64,000 nt of DNA from Felis catus (Eukaryota), in contig NC_058368.1 of assembly GCF_018350175.1 (NCBI RefSeq), positions 35,714,001 through 35,778,000 of the forward strand, written 5' to 3'. Numbering within the stretch: the first letter of the stretch is position 1; the number at the start of each line of letters is the position of its first letter. The notes beneath the pieces are model-generated. The model was not told where the DNA came from, searched no databases, and saw nothing but the letters and a program-made list of their open reading frames with translations. This document shows, in pieces, positions 37,951 to 50,883 of this stretch. Both the position numbers and the translations under genes were made by a program.

Positions 37951-39674
37951 GGACTGTATATCCTCTTGGATATTTTGGTCCTCTTTGACTCCATCTATGC
38001 CAGATCCAAGGATGAAATGCCTAGCAGAGCCTGGGCTTCTCTTTAACTGTTTGCTCTTTGAACTTCTTCGGAGGCTTAGGTGGATAACACTGGGTGGGTC
38101 AATGCAGGCAAGAGCATTTCCACCCCTTTAAGAAAACCCCAAATATTATTTTGTTCCTGCAGCACACCCATAGGTAAGAGAAAAACCAAGCTGGCATTTA
38201 ACTCCTCTGTGGTTTCAGGAGGAGAATCTTTTATGAGAAGCAACAGACAAGATGATACAAAACAAAAAGTGACCATTCCTGAAACCACCAAAGAAATAAA
38301 AAAGAAAGTGCACAAGGGCTTCTTTAAGAATGAGTTTATGCTCGTAGATAACAACTCTTCACCCCAGCCCTCACATTTATATCCTAGTACCTCAAGAGCC
38401 TTCATGTGGGACCAGAGTTTCTTTCTTTTTGCTTTGTCCCCAGTCATGGGAGGTCCAAACTGTGGAACTGAGGGAGTCTCATCTGAAATCACAAAGCTGA
38501 TAAAGTTGAGACGGAGAAGTCTCCCATCCCACTGCAACTAGAGAAAATGTTAACAGGTAGAGGAAGCCACCGAATTGGACGTTCACTTTTGTTATAATGT
38601 TGGTTCAAAGCCAGGTGTCTTTTGACATTACTATTATTTTAAAGTCTACTACTATTGGTGGCTTCATGTGGGCTGAACCACAGATACAAATTCCACACAA
38701 AAACATGCACTTCATTTCTACATGGTTCGCTTTGAACATCAGGGGCATGCCACAACCCTTTAATTTGGAGAGAGCTCTATATAGGTGATCAGAGACATAA
38801 AATAAATTGTAATTTGAAGCTGGTGGGCTCATATCCTTTTCCTATGAAATTAGACTCTTTCAAATACAAGATAATGCACTTGGACTCTTTCAACGAAAGA
38901 CAGGGCTGGGGTATCAAGAAAAAAAGAAGTCTTTTCTCTATCCCATCAACTCAAGTCCTTACGAGTACACATTTTTAAACAGAAACTAAAAATATGAAAG
39001 CAAAGCAGAATGATTGCTTAACTCCCCAGAGAGAGGGAGCTTGTGCTATTATTTTATGAATCAAATCCAGGGCTTACAAGATGTTACAATTGATGTTTGT
39101 GAAGGGAAGTATGATATATCTAGGACTATGGCCAACATCCAGGGCCATTGGTGATTATAGTACAGATGGCAGGGACCAGCTGCTATTCTTAGTAGTAGGT
39201 CAGTAAGGGAGTCTAATCCACACACCTTGTTTTTATGTTTCTGTGGAAATAAACAGTGTGAGAATACATGCTATTTTCCTTTAAGACAAAACTCACTTAT
39301 TTCGATATGATTCTCACCGTAAGAATTGATTCTGGAGTTTGACCATGGATTTTTTTTTTTTTTTTTCCTGAAACTGAATGAAAAGTTAAATACAGAGAAC
39401 CCACTGGACTTAAACAGGAGAATAAAAGCCCTAAACTACATTTAGGGGTGGATCTCACATGACTTTTGGTGGACTACAGATTCAGAAGACAAAGCTAAAC
39501 AAGCCCAAAACAAAAAACACCCACCATTCCTGAGCTAATTTTTCCATTGTTTCTCCAGTAACACAAAAGACATGGGAAACTAGGAAAGTTGCTGACAAGA
39601 GACTGAACATAAATATATGCAACGTGGCCTTCAAAGGAGGAAATGTTTCAGCCAACAGTTGTTATGCTGCTTAT

Positions 39675-40150
39675 GCTGAGGCGAGGCTGAGTCCTGGCTG
39701 ATGGCCCTTGGGGAAAACCCTCTCAGCTGCAGGAAATATCAGTTATGGTTTAGAAAGAGGTATTATTCCCTTTAAGTCGGTATTGATCCCCCATCACATT
39801 GTGGTTCTAATGGGCACTGGCTTCTTAGAAGTGCCAACTCTCAGATGAAATATAAAATTGAGCTCCTGCCTTTTGTGGTCACTGGTGAGCCTGTGGCAGC
39901 TTTGACAGGAGGAAGAATACAAAACTCTGGTGTCCTAAATTGACTGCATCTGTTTAGTCTTCCTGAAGTTTGGTTTCTCTTCACAGTTCTTTACCTTTTG
40001 CTCCTAACTATTACTTTGACCTACTAAGTAGCTGTTTGTTTCACCCCAGAAATGGCTTTACTTTGGTGAGAGAAAAAAATAACCCATAAATATAATTTTT
40101 AAAGCACTACTGGGTGTACATGATAGTAAAGTGTGTGACAAATATATGTT
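39675..40150 (+). mobile_element. AmnSINE1-like ancient SINE (5S-derived head, Deu domain, tail)
   Basis: Ordered blocks ggaaaaccc..gctgcaggaa / ttccctttaagtcggtattga / gggcactg..gaagtgcc..tcagatgaaatataaaattgagctcctg..ttgtggtcact / ggtgtcct / agctgtttgtttcaccccagaaatggct / taaagcact follow the recalled AmnSINE1 consensus collinearly. Confidence 0.7.
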
Positions 40151-40489
40151 TTTAATCTATGCAATAACTGAAGTTAGTGCTGGCCGCCAGCAGCCCATAT
40201 CCCTGTGGTGTTTCTTACCGTTGATTTACTGATGCTATAAATAATTGTCTTCCCTTAGTTTCATTTTGCTGTTCATTTTACCTTTTGTATTGAAAACGTG
40301 TAAAAGTGACAAAAAGAGCAAAAGGGCATTTTGTATACAGTCAAAATCTTTTGGGAGTGCCAAGACACTCTTACTGAAACCGATTATGTAGAAACAAAAA
40401 CAACAAAAAAGATACTCCCCCAATTCACAAAACAGACAAAGACAATGATAAATAAAGGATGTCTCTGGATTGAGAAAATAATTGACACC

Positions 40490-40883
40490 TGTTAACAAAA
40501 CATGTCCAAACTGGAGTCACTTGTGCTGAGCCGCACATCAGCAAACCAAGACTTATACCTAACCTGATTGCAGTTTAAGCTTCACCTATGAATGTAGCTA
40601 AAGGTTACCGATCAATCTGGAATTTTCTGGTTAGCACTAGTGAGGTAATCTGCCCAATCGACCCTTTCTGTCCCCTTTCAAAGGAAGGAGGCCTCGCCTG
40701 AAACAAAACACCCTTTCCTTTGTCACCCTCTTTCAGCCTGTAAAAGTCTTCCATAGCTTCCATAGTCTTCTTATAACTCATCGAAGCTCCTTTCTACGTT
40801 CTAGATGGGATGCTGCCTGATTAACTGTTGACTAAAGCCAGTTTGATCTTCAAATTTACTCAGTCGAATTTTGCTTTCTAATA
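40490..40883 (+). repeat. ERV 5' LTR
   Basis: Starts tgtt. Shares gtccaaa.tggagtcactt.tgctgag, atcaatctggaat, aagctcctttct..ctagatgggatgctgcctgatt and aaagccagttt.atcttcaaatttact with 60459-60825. Confidence 0.88.
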
Positions 40884-40887
40884 GATT

Positions 40888-40905
40888 TGGTGGCAGCAGT
40901 GGGTT
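40888..40905 (+). promoter_or_regulatory. Primer-binding site, tRNA-Leu type
   Basis: tggtggcagcagtgggtt, just after the LTR end, resembles TGGTGGCAGCGGTGGGAT, the complement of the 3' end of mammalian tRNA-Leu(AAG). Confidence 0.7.
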
Positions 40906-41739
40906 CTGAAGTGAACTTCTGGGGGCTTTGGAAACAACCAGAAACACAAGAGCAGTACCCATGAACATTTCTGAGTCCTTTCTTGCCATTTCTGAGGGCT
41001 GTAAGTTCCTCTTGGTTCTGACTTCAGCTCTGGTGCTGAGCTTCTGATCTAATTGACTTTCCTGTCAATTCGACATTGGGAGCTGCTGGTAGTTCAGGCC
41101 ACAATTCTTGTTGAATTGCTGGATACCCCCAGCCCTTGTTTCTGTTCCCAAATCCACATGGGAACTGTTCGTGGCAGTCTGCAATTCCCCAGTTATGTGG
41201 AGTCCCCAGTCCCCATTTGTTGAGGTCTGCTGGTTCAGTACTTCCCCCAGCCCAAGATTCCATGGTGGGAATTAGTAGTGGGCCACACAGGGTCTTTTCT
41301 TGTCCAGGCTGCAGCAACATCTTTTGGTTACTGCTGGTGTGTTAAGGTGCACAGGTTTGTTGGTCTTGTTTTGTGTAGAGAAAAGCTATTGCTAAAGGAA
41401 TCTGGGAAGCAGCTACGAAACTGGTGGACAAAAGTCTAGCATTTAAAATCTGTTAAAGCTCTTGCCACCTAACCCAAGACTCATGTTAGGATAAGTTAGT
41501 CATGGGACAGGTTAGATTGACCCTAGGTCACCTGCCAACCTCAATATCTACGCAATGAGGTATATGGCAAACACCACACAACCCCCAACCCAGAGGCACA
41601 TCCCTTTTAAGGATTAGTTTGACTTCAAGAGACCCAAAGGCTTAGCTTAAAAAAAAAAAAAAAAAATGAGATCTTTAAATTACAAAAAAGTTGAGTGTGT
41701 CACCTTACAGCATACCTGCTTATTTCATGTCTAAGACTA

Positions 41740-42420
41740 TGGTTATGGAATGTATAAATATCTACGAAAGTGGCAAAATCTTACTAAAGGCAACCTAGAA
41801 TTAAAATAGCCATTATGGGGAGCATCTCAATTAGACAAGATCGTTCACTTAAAAAGTACACTTGAAAGCAAGGGTTCCTGAATTAAACAGAATGGGATAC
41901 CTACTTTAATTGGTGTGCAAAAACTCCTAAAAGGCTTCAAGATTCTAAACTATTTCATTAAAAAATTTGTTGTTAAAGGCTCATGAAAAATTAAAGACAT
42001 AAGAGGTACCTAAAATGAATGACAATAAAGCTGACATGACTCCTATCACTCTCCTCTACCTTTCTTTACCTGAGTACTCATGTTCTAACTCTGTCTGAAC
42101 TGCCTTTCCACTCTGAAGAGACTATTAAACAGTTACCTTTACAATAAACCACCCAAGGTCCTGGGTGATCCTTCTCGGGTATCCTTAACTCCTTGGTCAA
42201 CAACGAAATAAGGGTCATAATTATAGAATTTCCTAAGGGGAGGATCCCCAAAAGTGTTCTGAAGAATTTAGTCATTATTAGGGCCTACAACCCCAGTCTG
42301 CCAGATCCTTATCAGCTTGTGCAAATGATGGTGGGACCTGGCAAAGTCCAAGAATGGATGTGGGAAGCAAAATGGCAAAACACTGAGGACAGTTTTTGAG
42401 ATGTTTGATTTTCAGCATGG
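41740..42420 (+). pseudogene. ERV gag remnant
   Basis: Manual translation LELK*PLWGASQLDKIVHLKSTLESKGS*IKQ is matrix-like. ORF 42193-42399 (YNPSLPDPYQLVQMMVGPG..EWM..AKW) is capsid-like. Stops and frameshifts are present. Confidence 0.55.
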
Positions 42421-42720
42421 TCCCCTCATGAACCCGTAGAAACTCACAAAATAGCAACAAATCTTTTAGTATCTGAACTTACAACCTCAGCTGAACACTG
42501 AAAGGTCTTTGGAACACAACTGCAAACAAAAGTCGGCCACACTACTGGCCTTACAGCTACAACAGACCCAGAGCCACGCACCTGAGATACTGCTTGGCTG
42601 CCCACATTACACCCTCTAGGTATCCACCATCAGAATGATGGTCCAAGGGTGAATGTTTCATTTGTAATCATCTGGACACTGGAAAAAGAAGTGTACTCAA
42701 AGGTCCTATGCAAATTCTTA

Positions 42721-43027
42721 AAAAAATTTTTTTTTAAATATTTATTTTTGAGAGAGAGAGTGAGAGCAGGGGAGGGCAGAGAGAGGAGACAGAATCTGAA
42801 GCAGGCTCCAAGTTATGCAAATTAAAAAAAAAAAATTTAATGTTTATTTTTGAGAGAAAGCAAGAGCATGAGTGGAGGAGGAGCAGAGACAGAGGGAGAC
42901 AGAATCTGAAGCAGGCTTCAGGAACAGAGCTGTCAGCACAGAGCCGAACATGGGGCTTGAACTCATGAACTGTGAGATCATGACCTGAGCTGAAGTCAGG
43001 AGCTTAACTGAGCCAGCCAGGCACCCC
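42721..43027 (-). mobile_element. Two tandem Can-SINEs (truncated 42721-42811; full 42824-43027)
   Basis: Two SINE bodies separated and flanked by atgcaaatt copies. Confidence 0.85.
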
Positions 43028-43268
43028 TGGGCCATGCAAATTCTTAAATACCAACTCGAATGAAGTAGCTCTTAGGTCAGAAGCTGTTAATTGGAGCCTA
43101 ATGGGAATATTTTTAAGGCCTTCTCCCCTTAACTGAAATGAAACTATGTACCCAGAAGGCAAGAAAAACTTTCTAAAGCTCTCATAAAAGGATTAATAGG
43201 TGGATCAATCTATGATGTCATTTTAGTTACAACCTAATTCCTTGAGGAATTAAAAGCAACTGTCCTTT

Positions 43269-43455
43269 GGGAGCCCGGCTGGCTCAGTTGGTTAAGCTTC
43301 AGACTCTTGCTTTTGGCTCAGGTCATGATCTCATGGTTCTTGACATCAAGCCATGCATCGGGCTCACAATGACAGTGCAGAGCCTACTTGGGGTTCTCTC
43401 TCTTTCTCTGCCTCCCGACCACTCACTCTCTCTCTCAAATTGAATAAAAACTACT
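43269..43455 (+). mobile_element. Can-SINE
   Basis: gggagcccggctggctcagttggttaagc...ggtcatgatctc. Confidence 0.85.
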
Positions 43456-45570
43456 TTACAAATCTTTACAAAACCAGAAAAGCAGCTCCAGAAACAATTT
43501 AAAGCCCACCTATTCTTTTTACCAATCCCCAAACCTCCTCTATTTATCCTGAAAGAATTTTTGTAAATATTGTAAAAGTTTTGGCCCTAAAAAACAAAAG
43601 TTGGGCACAGAGGAACTTACATTCTTTCTCTGTGCCTTTGAAATGTAAATGTTCTACTTGATCCCTCCAGGAATTCTTACCTAGGTCTCTTTAAAATGCC
43701 AATTTCAGGAATAAGAACTGCCATGGTTATGGATGGTGGGTGTAGGAAGACCCAGAATTCATCTCCTCCCTGGGCACACCAAATTTACACCTGTTTATTC
43801 CTCCTGAAGACCTGAGGCCTGAATGGACAGCTTCTGCACAAGACCAGATACATAATGCAAGAGATGGAGGCAAAGGGACCTTGTGCGGATTCATCTGCCC
43901 TGGAGTACAGAAAAAACATCAAAACGAAACAAACCCTGAAGTTTAAAAAAGGCAACTAGGATATAAAGGAACCAGCCCTGAGCCCTGCCAAATGGCAGCA
44001 GAGCTACTGGACTCTCTCCAGCTCAGAGGGGCTGGCAAGTGCCACTGTTTATGTTCCTCTTCTACCTTGATAGTATAGATGGGAAGAGTGTCCAGGCTCA
44101 ATAGCCATCCTGCCACCTTTGGGAGCCCTGGGGACCTAGCCCATACCAGCCCCAGATGGCGTGGTTTAAAAGAACAAGTAGAATATAAAGGATCTACCCT
44201 AGAACTTGGCCAAATGTCAGGAGAGCTTTCTGGGTTAAAAGGGTTGGCAAGTGGTATGGTTTTCATTTCCCCTCCACCTTGATAGTGTGGATAGGAGCAG
44301 GGTCCAGGCAGCCTAGCTGATCTATGACCTCAGTGAGCCCTGGGCTCAAAGGTCCACACTAGCCCCAGACATCCCACCAAGGCCACCCAACACGGAACAC
44401 GTTGGTAAATCCCTGGTCAGCGCTCACTACAGCTTCAGCCCTCCTGCCCAGATGACAGAGGTACAAAACACCCCGGAACATCCCAGGCCCATAATTTTAG
44501 AAGCATCCAACATTGGAGCATCTAAAAAAATATAGCGAATATTAGCAGACAAAAAGGGAGAAATTGACAATAGTAAAATAATACTAGGCGACTTTAACAC
44601 CCCATTTACATCAATGGATAGATCATCCACGCAGAAAACTCAATGCACATGGAACATTTTCCAGGATAGATCACGTTAGGCCACAAAACAAGTCTCAATG
44701 AATTCAAAAAGGTTAAAATCCTATTAAGCATCTTTCCCAACAACAATGGTATGAAATTAGTAATCAATTAGAAGAAAAAAATGGGAAACATTGCAGGTGA
44801 AACAATATACTACTGAACAACCCATGTGTCAATGAAAAAAACCAAAGAGGAAATAAAAATACATGGAGACCAATAAAAATGAAAACACAACGCTTCAAAA
44901 TCTTTAAGACACAACAAAAATAGTTCCAGGAGGCCAATTTCAAGAAATGAGAAAAAGCTCAAATAACCTAACCTTAAGCCTAAAGGAACTAGAAAAAGAA
45001 TAAACAATACAGAAAATGCATTTAACAATATTCAACATCTGTTCACGATATAAACTTTCAATGAAATGGCCTTAAAGAACATACCTTAACATAATAAAAA
45101 CAATTTTTGACAAAAACACAGCTAACATCATACTCAATGGTGGGAAACTGAGAGCTTTTCCTCTAGGATCAGGAAAGAGGATGTTCACTGTCTCCACTTT
45201 TACTCAATCTAGTACTGGAAGTTCTAGCAATAGCAATCAGACAAGAAAAACTGAAGGGTCCAAACTGGTATGAAAAAAGTAAAATTGTCACTATTTGTAG
45301 GTGACATGACATGATACATAGAAAACTCTAAAGACTCCAACCAAAAACTACTGGCAGTAATAAATCTAGTAAAGTTGCAGAATACAAAGTTAATATATAG
45401 AAATCTGTTGTTTCTGTACACTAATAATAACATTGCAGAAAGAGAAATTAAGAAAACAATCCTATTTACAATTGCACCAGAAATAAAATTCATAGGAATA
45501 AACTTAACCAAGGAGGTAAAAAAACCCTGTACTTTGAATATTGTAAAACACTGATGGAAGAAACTAAAGT

Positions 45571-45770
45571 GGGGTGCCTGGGTGGCTCAGTCACCCAAGC
45601 ATCCGACTTCACCTCAGGTCATGATCTCACAGTTCGTGAGTTCAAGCCCCATGCTGGGCTCTGTGCTGACAGCTCAGAGCCTGGAGCCTGCTTCAGATTC
45701 TGTGTCTTCCTCTCTCTCTCCCTCCCCTGCTCATGCTCTGTCTCCCTCTCTCTCTCTCTCTCAAAAATAA
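45571..45770 (+). mobile_element. Can-SINE in L1
   Basis: Full body; TSD aagaaactaaag. Confidence 0.9.
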
Positions 45771-45854
45771 AAGAAACTAAAGATGACACAAATGGAAAGA
45801 CATACATGCTCACAAATTCGAAGAATTATTGTTAAAATGTCCATACCTCTTAAA

Positions 45855-46066
45855 TTTTTTTAACGTTTGTTTATTTTTGAGACAGAGAGAGACAGAGCAT
45901 GAGCAGAGGAGGGGTAGAGAGAGAGAGGGAGACACAGAATCCGAAGCAGGCTCCAGGCTCTGAGCTGTCAGCACAGAGCCCGACACGGGGCTCGAACCCA
46001 TGAGCTATGAGATCATGACCTGAGCTGAAGTCAGATGCTTAACTGACTGAGCCACCCAGGCACCCC
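45855..46066 (-). mobile_element. Can-SINE in L1
   Basis: Perfect direct repeat taaaatgtccatacctcttaaa at 45833-45854 / 46067-46088. Confidence 0.92.
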
Positions 46067-47685
46067 TAAAATGTCCATACCTCTTAAAGCAATCTACATA
46101 TTCAATGTAATCCCTATCAATATACCAATAGCATTTTTCATAGAACTAGAACAAATAATCCTAAAATTTGCATGAATCTGCCAAAGACTCCAAATAGCCA
46201 AAGCAATCTTGAGAAAGAAAGTATCACAATCCTAGATTTCAAGATATACTACAAAGCCGTAACAATCAAATAGTATGGCACTGGGCAGAAATAGATACAC
46301 ATATCAATGGAATAGAATAGAAAGCCTTGGAATAAAACCATGCATATAAACCCATGCATATGTGGTAAGTTCATTCATGACAAAAGCGGCAAGAATATGC
46401 AGTGGGGAAAAGACAGTCTGTTCAGTAAATGGTGTTGGGAACACCGAAGAGCTGTATGCAAAAGAATGAAACTGGACCACTTTCTTACATCATGGACAAA
46501 AATAAATTAAGAGTAAATTAAAGACCTAAAGGCGAGACCTGAAACCGTAACACTCTCATAAATAAACATGGGCAGTAATCTCTTGCATTGGCCTTAGCAA
46601 CATTTATCTAAATATGTCTCCTCAGACAAAGGAAACAAAAGCAAAAATAAACTATTGGGACTACACCAAAATAAAAACCTTTTGCACAGCAAAGGAAACC
46701 ATCAACAAAATGGTAAGACGGCTATTGAATGGGAGAAGATATTTGTAAATGAGACCTTATACAACTCAACACCAAAAAGCCAAATAATCAGATAAAAAAT
46801 GGGCATGGGATCTGAATAGACATTTTTTGAAAGAAGACACGCAGATGGCCAACATCACTAATCATCAGGGAAGTGTAAATCAAAACCACACTGAGATGTT
46901 ACCTCATACCAAAAACAAGACACAACAAGCACTGGCAAAGTTGTGCACTGTTGGTTGGAATATAAATTGGTATAGCTACTATGGAAAGTAATATGGAGGT
47001 TCTTCAAAAAGTTAAAATAGAAATACCATATAATCTAGTACTCCCACTATGGAGTATTTAGCCAAAGAAAACAAAAATGCTAATTTTAAAAGATCTATGC
47101 ATCCCTATCTTTATTGCAGCATTATTTGCAAAGTGTTAACTGACAGAAGAATGGATAAAGAAGATGTGGTTTATATATGCAATAGAATATTATTCAGCCA
47201 TAAAAAAATGAGATATTGATATTTGGGAAAACAAAGATGGACCAGGAGGGTATTATGCTAAGTGAAATCAGTCAGAGAAAGATAAATATCATATGATTTT
47301 ACCAACATGTTGAATTTAGAAGACAAATGCACAAACAAAAAAAAAAATGCATTAACAGACCCATAAATACAAAGAAAAAAACCTGACAGTGGCCAGAGGG
47401 GAGAGGTTAGGGAGATGAGCAAAATGTGTTAAGGGGAGTAAGAGAGAGAAGCTTCCAGTTATGGAATGAATAGGTCACAGGGATAAAAGGCACATCATGG
47501 GGAATACAGCTAGTGGTATTGTAATTGTGTTGTATGAATGTTGTACGGTGACAGCTGGTAGGTAACTTACAATGAGCACGGCATAACCTGTAGAGTTGTC
47601 AAATTGTTGTACAGCTTAAACTAATAAAGATTGTATGCCAACTATCCTTCAATAAAAATGAAACACCAATTTCAGGGAGGAAATT

Positions 47686-47892
47686 CTTTTTTGTTTTTAA
47701 ATGTTCATTTATTTGTGAAAGAGATTGCACATGCATGCATGTAGGGGAGGGGCAGAGAGGGGGACAGAGGATCCCAAGTGGGATCCTCCACTGACAGCAG
47801 AGAGCTCGATGCGGGGCTCAAACTCATGAACTTGGAGATTAACACCTGAGCCAAAGTCAGAAGTTTAACCGACTGAGCCACCCAGGTGCCCC
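47686..47892 (-). mobile_element. Can-SINE
   Basis: Full body with head ...gagccacccaggtgcccc; TSD-like tcaggga..aa.tctt. Confidence 0.88.
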
Positions 47893-47968
47893 TCAGGGAA
47901 AAAAATCTTATCAGAAAACAAAGAAACAAAAACAAAGGAGAAAGTATTATTTTAAAACTTAGGCAAAT

Positions 47969-50831
47969 AGATAGTTGATTAAAGAGAAACACAGTTAAGA
48001 TGATCGAGGAGTAGGGGGACCCTAGGCTCGCCTTATCCCTTGAGTACAGCTAGATAATCATTCTAAACACACAAGATATCAAACTGAGGGCTGAGCGAGA
48101 AAATCCGCATAACTAGAGACAGAAAAAATGGCCACAGCATGGAAGGTAGGAGATGAAGAGAGTTGACTTGGGAGAGAGAAGATCTGTGGGTGCTACCATG
48201 GGGAGGGACCCCGATCACAAATAGAGGAGTGAAAGAAAAAGAGAGAATGAGTGAAAGCACGAGAAGAGAAATGCACAAGAAAACTTCCATAAAACTATTG
48301 ACTGGGAAAGAGAGAGGGGCTGAATACTGCAAGTTTTTACAAATAGCAGAGTGCAGAGTCTCAAGTTTCAAAGGTCAACACCATCACCAGGGTCTGTGCC
48401 TGGTGGGCTTAGTGGTGCTCTGGTGGGAAAGGAGGGAAGAGAACCAGAAGCAGGTAGTGTGGTCTCAGGATCCCTTGGGTCGCATGGGGAGAAGCAGTTC
48501 CCCTGCTTGGAGTGCATTTGGGAGATGTGGCAAGGCCTCTCTGGTGGGCAAAAGACTTGGCTTGTGCCACTGAGCTGTCCCATACACTAACATAGGAATG
48601 GGGATACCGGCTGAGGGCAACAAGCCTTGGTGTCGGCTTTCTCCTGAGCTTTACCCTAACCTCTAAACTGCTGCCCTGTTACACAACTTACTTCTGAGAC
48701 AAGCCAGCATGGCCACAGCACAGCAAGACCCTCCCCTAGAGGATCAGTGTGTGTCTGTGCCGCACTAATCTCTAAAATTTGGAGTTTTGAAACCCAGCCA
48801 TACACCTGAGATAAAACACAGGAGTGCTGTGCCACCTGGCAGGCAGATAGCTTGGATGCAGACAGGGTGAAGGCAGGGATCTGGTGGAAACTGGGGACAC
48901 AAGAGGTTGTTTTATTGTTTGCTCTTCTGTGAAGGCTTCCTGAACAGTGGCACTGCAAGCTTCCTGCTGACAGGATTAAAGAGTGGAGTAGACCATCTCC
49001 CCTTCCCTCTTCGACCCATCAGCACAGACTGACTTCAGTGAGCAAAACAGTGCCACCTAGTGGAGGCCAGAGCCACTTACACCAAGCCCCACCCCCTTGC
49101 ACCCTGCAGGTGCATCTCCACTAGGACAAGTCTGCCTGAGAATCAGCACAGTAGGCCCCACCCCCAGAAGACCAGCATAAACCCATCTCATGCACAGTCT
49201 ATTAATCACAGAGTGTTGTAAAGCTTCAGCTCTAGGAGAAAGAGGTATCTAGCTTCCTTTCATGTTGTTGTTGTTTAATAGGATAAAGAAAAAGCAATCT
49301 TTATTTTTTTTTAATTTTTAATTTAATTATTTTAAAAATTTATTTATTATTTTGTGGATCTAGCTTCTTTTAACAAGCAGACCAAAACATACCTAGGTTT
49401 TACCTTCCTTTTGTCTTTTTTGTACCTCTTCTTAATATAGCTATTACTCTTAGAAGGAGGGATATAACAGGCTTTCCTAACAATGACACACAAAAAATAT
49501 GACAAGAAGGAGGAATTCACCCCAAAAGAACAAACAGGGGGGAATAATGGCCAAGAATTTAATCAATGCAGATATAGGTAAGATGTCTGAACTAGAATTT
49601 AAAACAACAATTTTAAGGACATTAGCTGGGTTTCTAAAAAGCATAGAAAACATCAGAGAATTCCTTACTGCAGAGATAAAAGAACTAAAAACTAGTCAGG
49701 CCAAAATTAAAAATGTTGTAACTGAAATGCAAATCTGAATGGATACCATGACAACGAGGATGGATAAAGCAGAGGAATGAATCAGTGATACAGAAGATAA
49801 ATATGGAAAATAATGAAAAGAAGAGGGAAAGAAAGGTATTGGATGACGAATGTAGACTTAGGGAACTCAGTGACTCCTTAAAGTATAATAATATCCATAT
49901 CATAGGAGTCCCAGAAGATGAGGAGAGATAAAAAGGAGAAGGTTTGTTTAAGCAAATTATAGCTGAAAAATCCCCTAATCTGGGAAAGGAAACCGGCATT
50001 GAAATCCAAGAAGCAAAGAGAACTGCCACTAAATTCAACAAAAGGTGGCCATCACCAAGATGTATCATAGTCATATTCACAAGATACACAGACAAGAAAA
50101 TAATCTTGAAAGCAGCAAAGGAAAAAAATCTTTAACTTAAGAGGGAAGACAGATCAGATTCACAACAGATCTGCCCACAGAAACTTGTCAGGCCAGAAGG
50201 AGTGGCAGGATATATTCAATGTGCTGAATGGGAAAAATATGCAGCTAAGAATACTTTATCCAGCAAGGCTGTCATTCAAAATAGAAGGAGAGAGAGTCTC
50301 CCAGACAAACAAAAACTAAAGGAATTCGAGACCACTAAACCAGCCCTGCAAGAAATATTAAAGGCAACTCTTTGGGGTGGGGTGGAGGGGGGAGATCAAA
50401 AGCAACACAGACTAGAAAGGAACAGAGAACATCACCAGAAATCCCAAGTTTACAGGTAACACAAAGGCACTTAATTCATATCTATCAATAATTATTTTGA
50501 ATATAAATGGAATAAATGCTCTAATCTAAAGACACAGAGTATCAGAATGGATAAAAAAAAACAAGACTTATTTATATGCTGTCTACAAGACTCATTTTAG
50601 ACCTAAAGACACCTGCAGGTTAAAAGTGAAGGGATGGAAAAGCATCCATCATGCCAGTGGATGTCAAAAGAAAGCCGGAGTAGCCATGCTTATATCAGAC
50701 AAACTAGGTTTGGTTTCTTTTCTTTTCTTTTCTTTTCTTTTCTTTTCTTTTCTTTTCTTTTCTTTTCTTTTCTTTTCTTTTCTTTTCTTTTCTTTTCTTT
50801 TCTTTCTTTTCTTTTCTTTTCTCCTTCTTCC

Positions 50832-50883
<52 letters not shown>

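Larger units (their letters stand above)
43710..47660 (+). mobile_element. L1 with both ends present but large internal deletions, nested in the ERV
   Basis: TSD aaatgccaatttcagg (43694-43709) / aaacaccaatttcagg (47661-47676). L1 5' motif gatgg..gtaggaagacccaga, ORF2 fragments, and 3' end ...tgccaactatccttcaataaaa. Confidence 0.85.

Noticed and set aside
38076..38541. Two antiparallel 153-aa ORFs
   Set aside because: Neither resembles a known protein, and there is no convincing exon structure or Kozak context. Antiparallel in-register open frames of this size can arise by chance.
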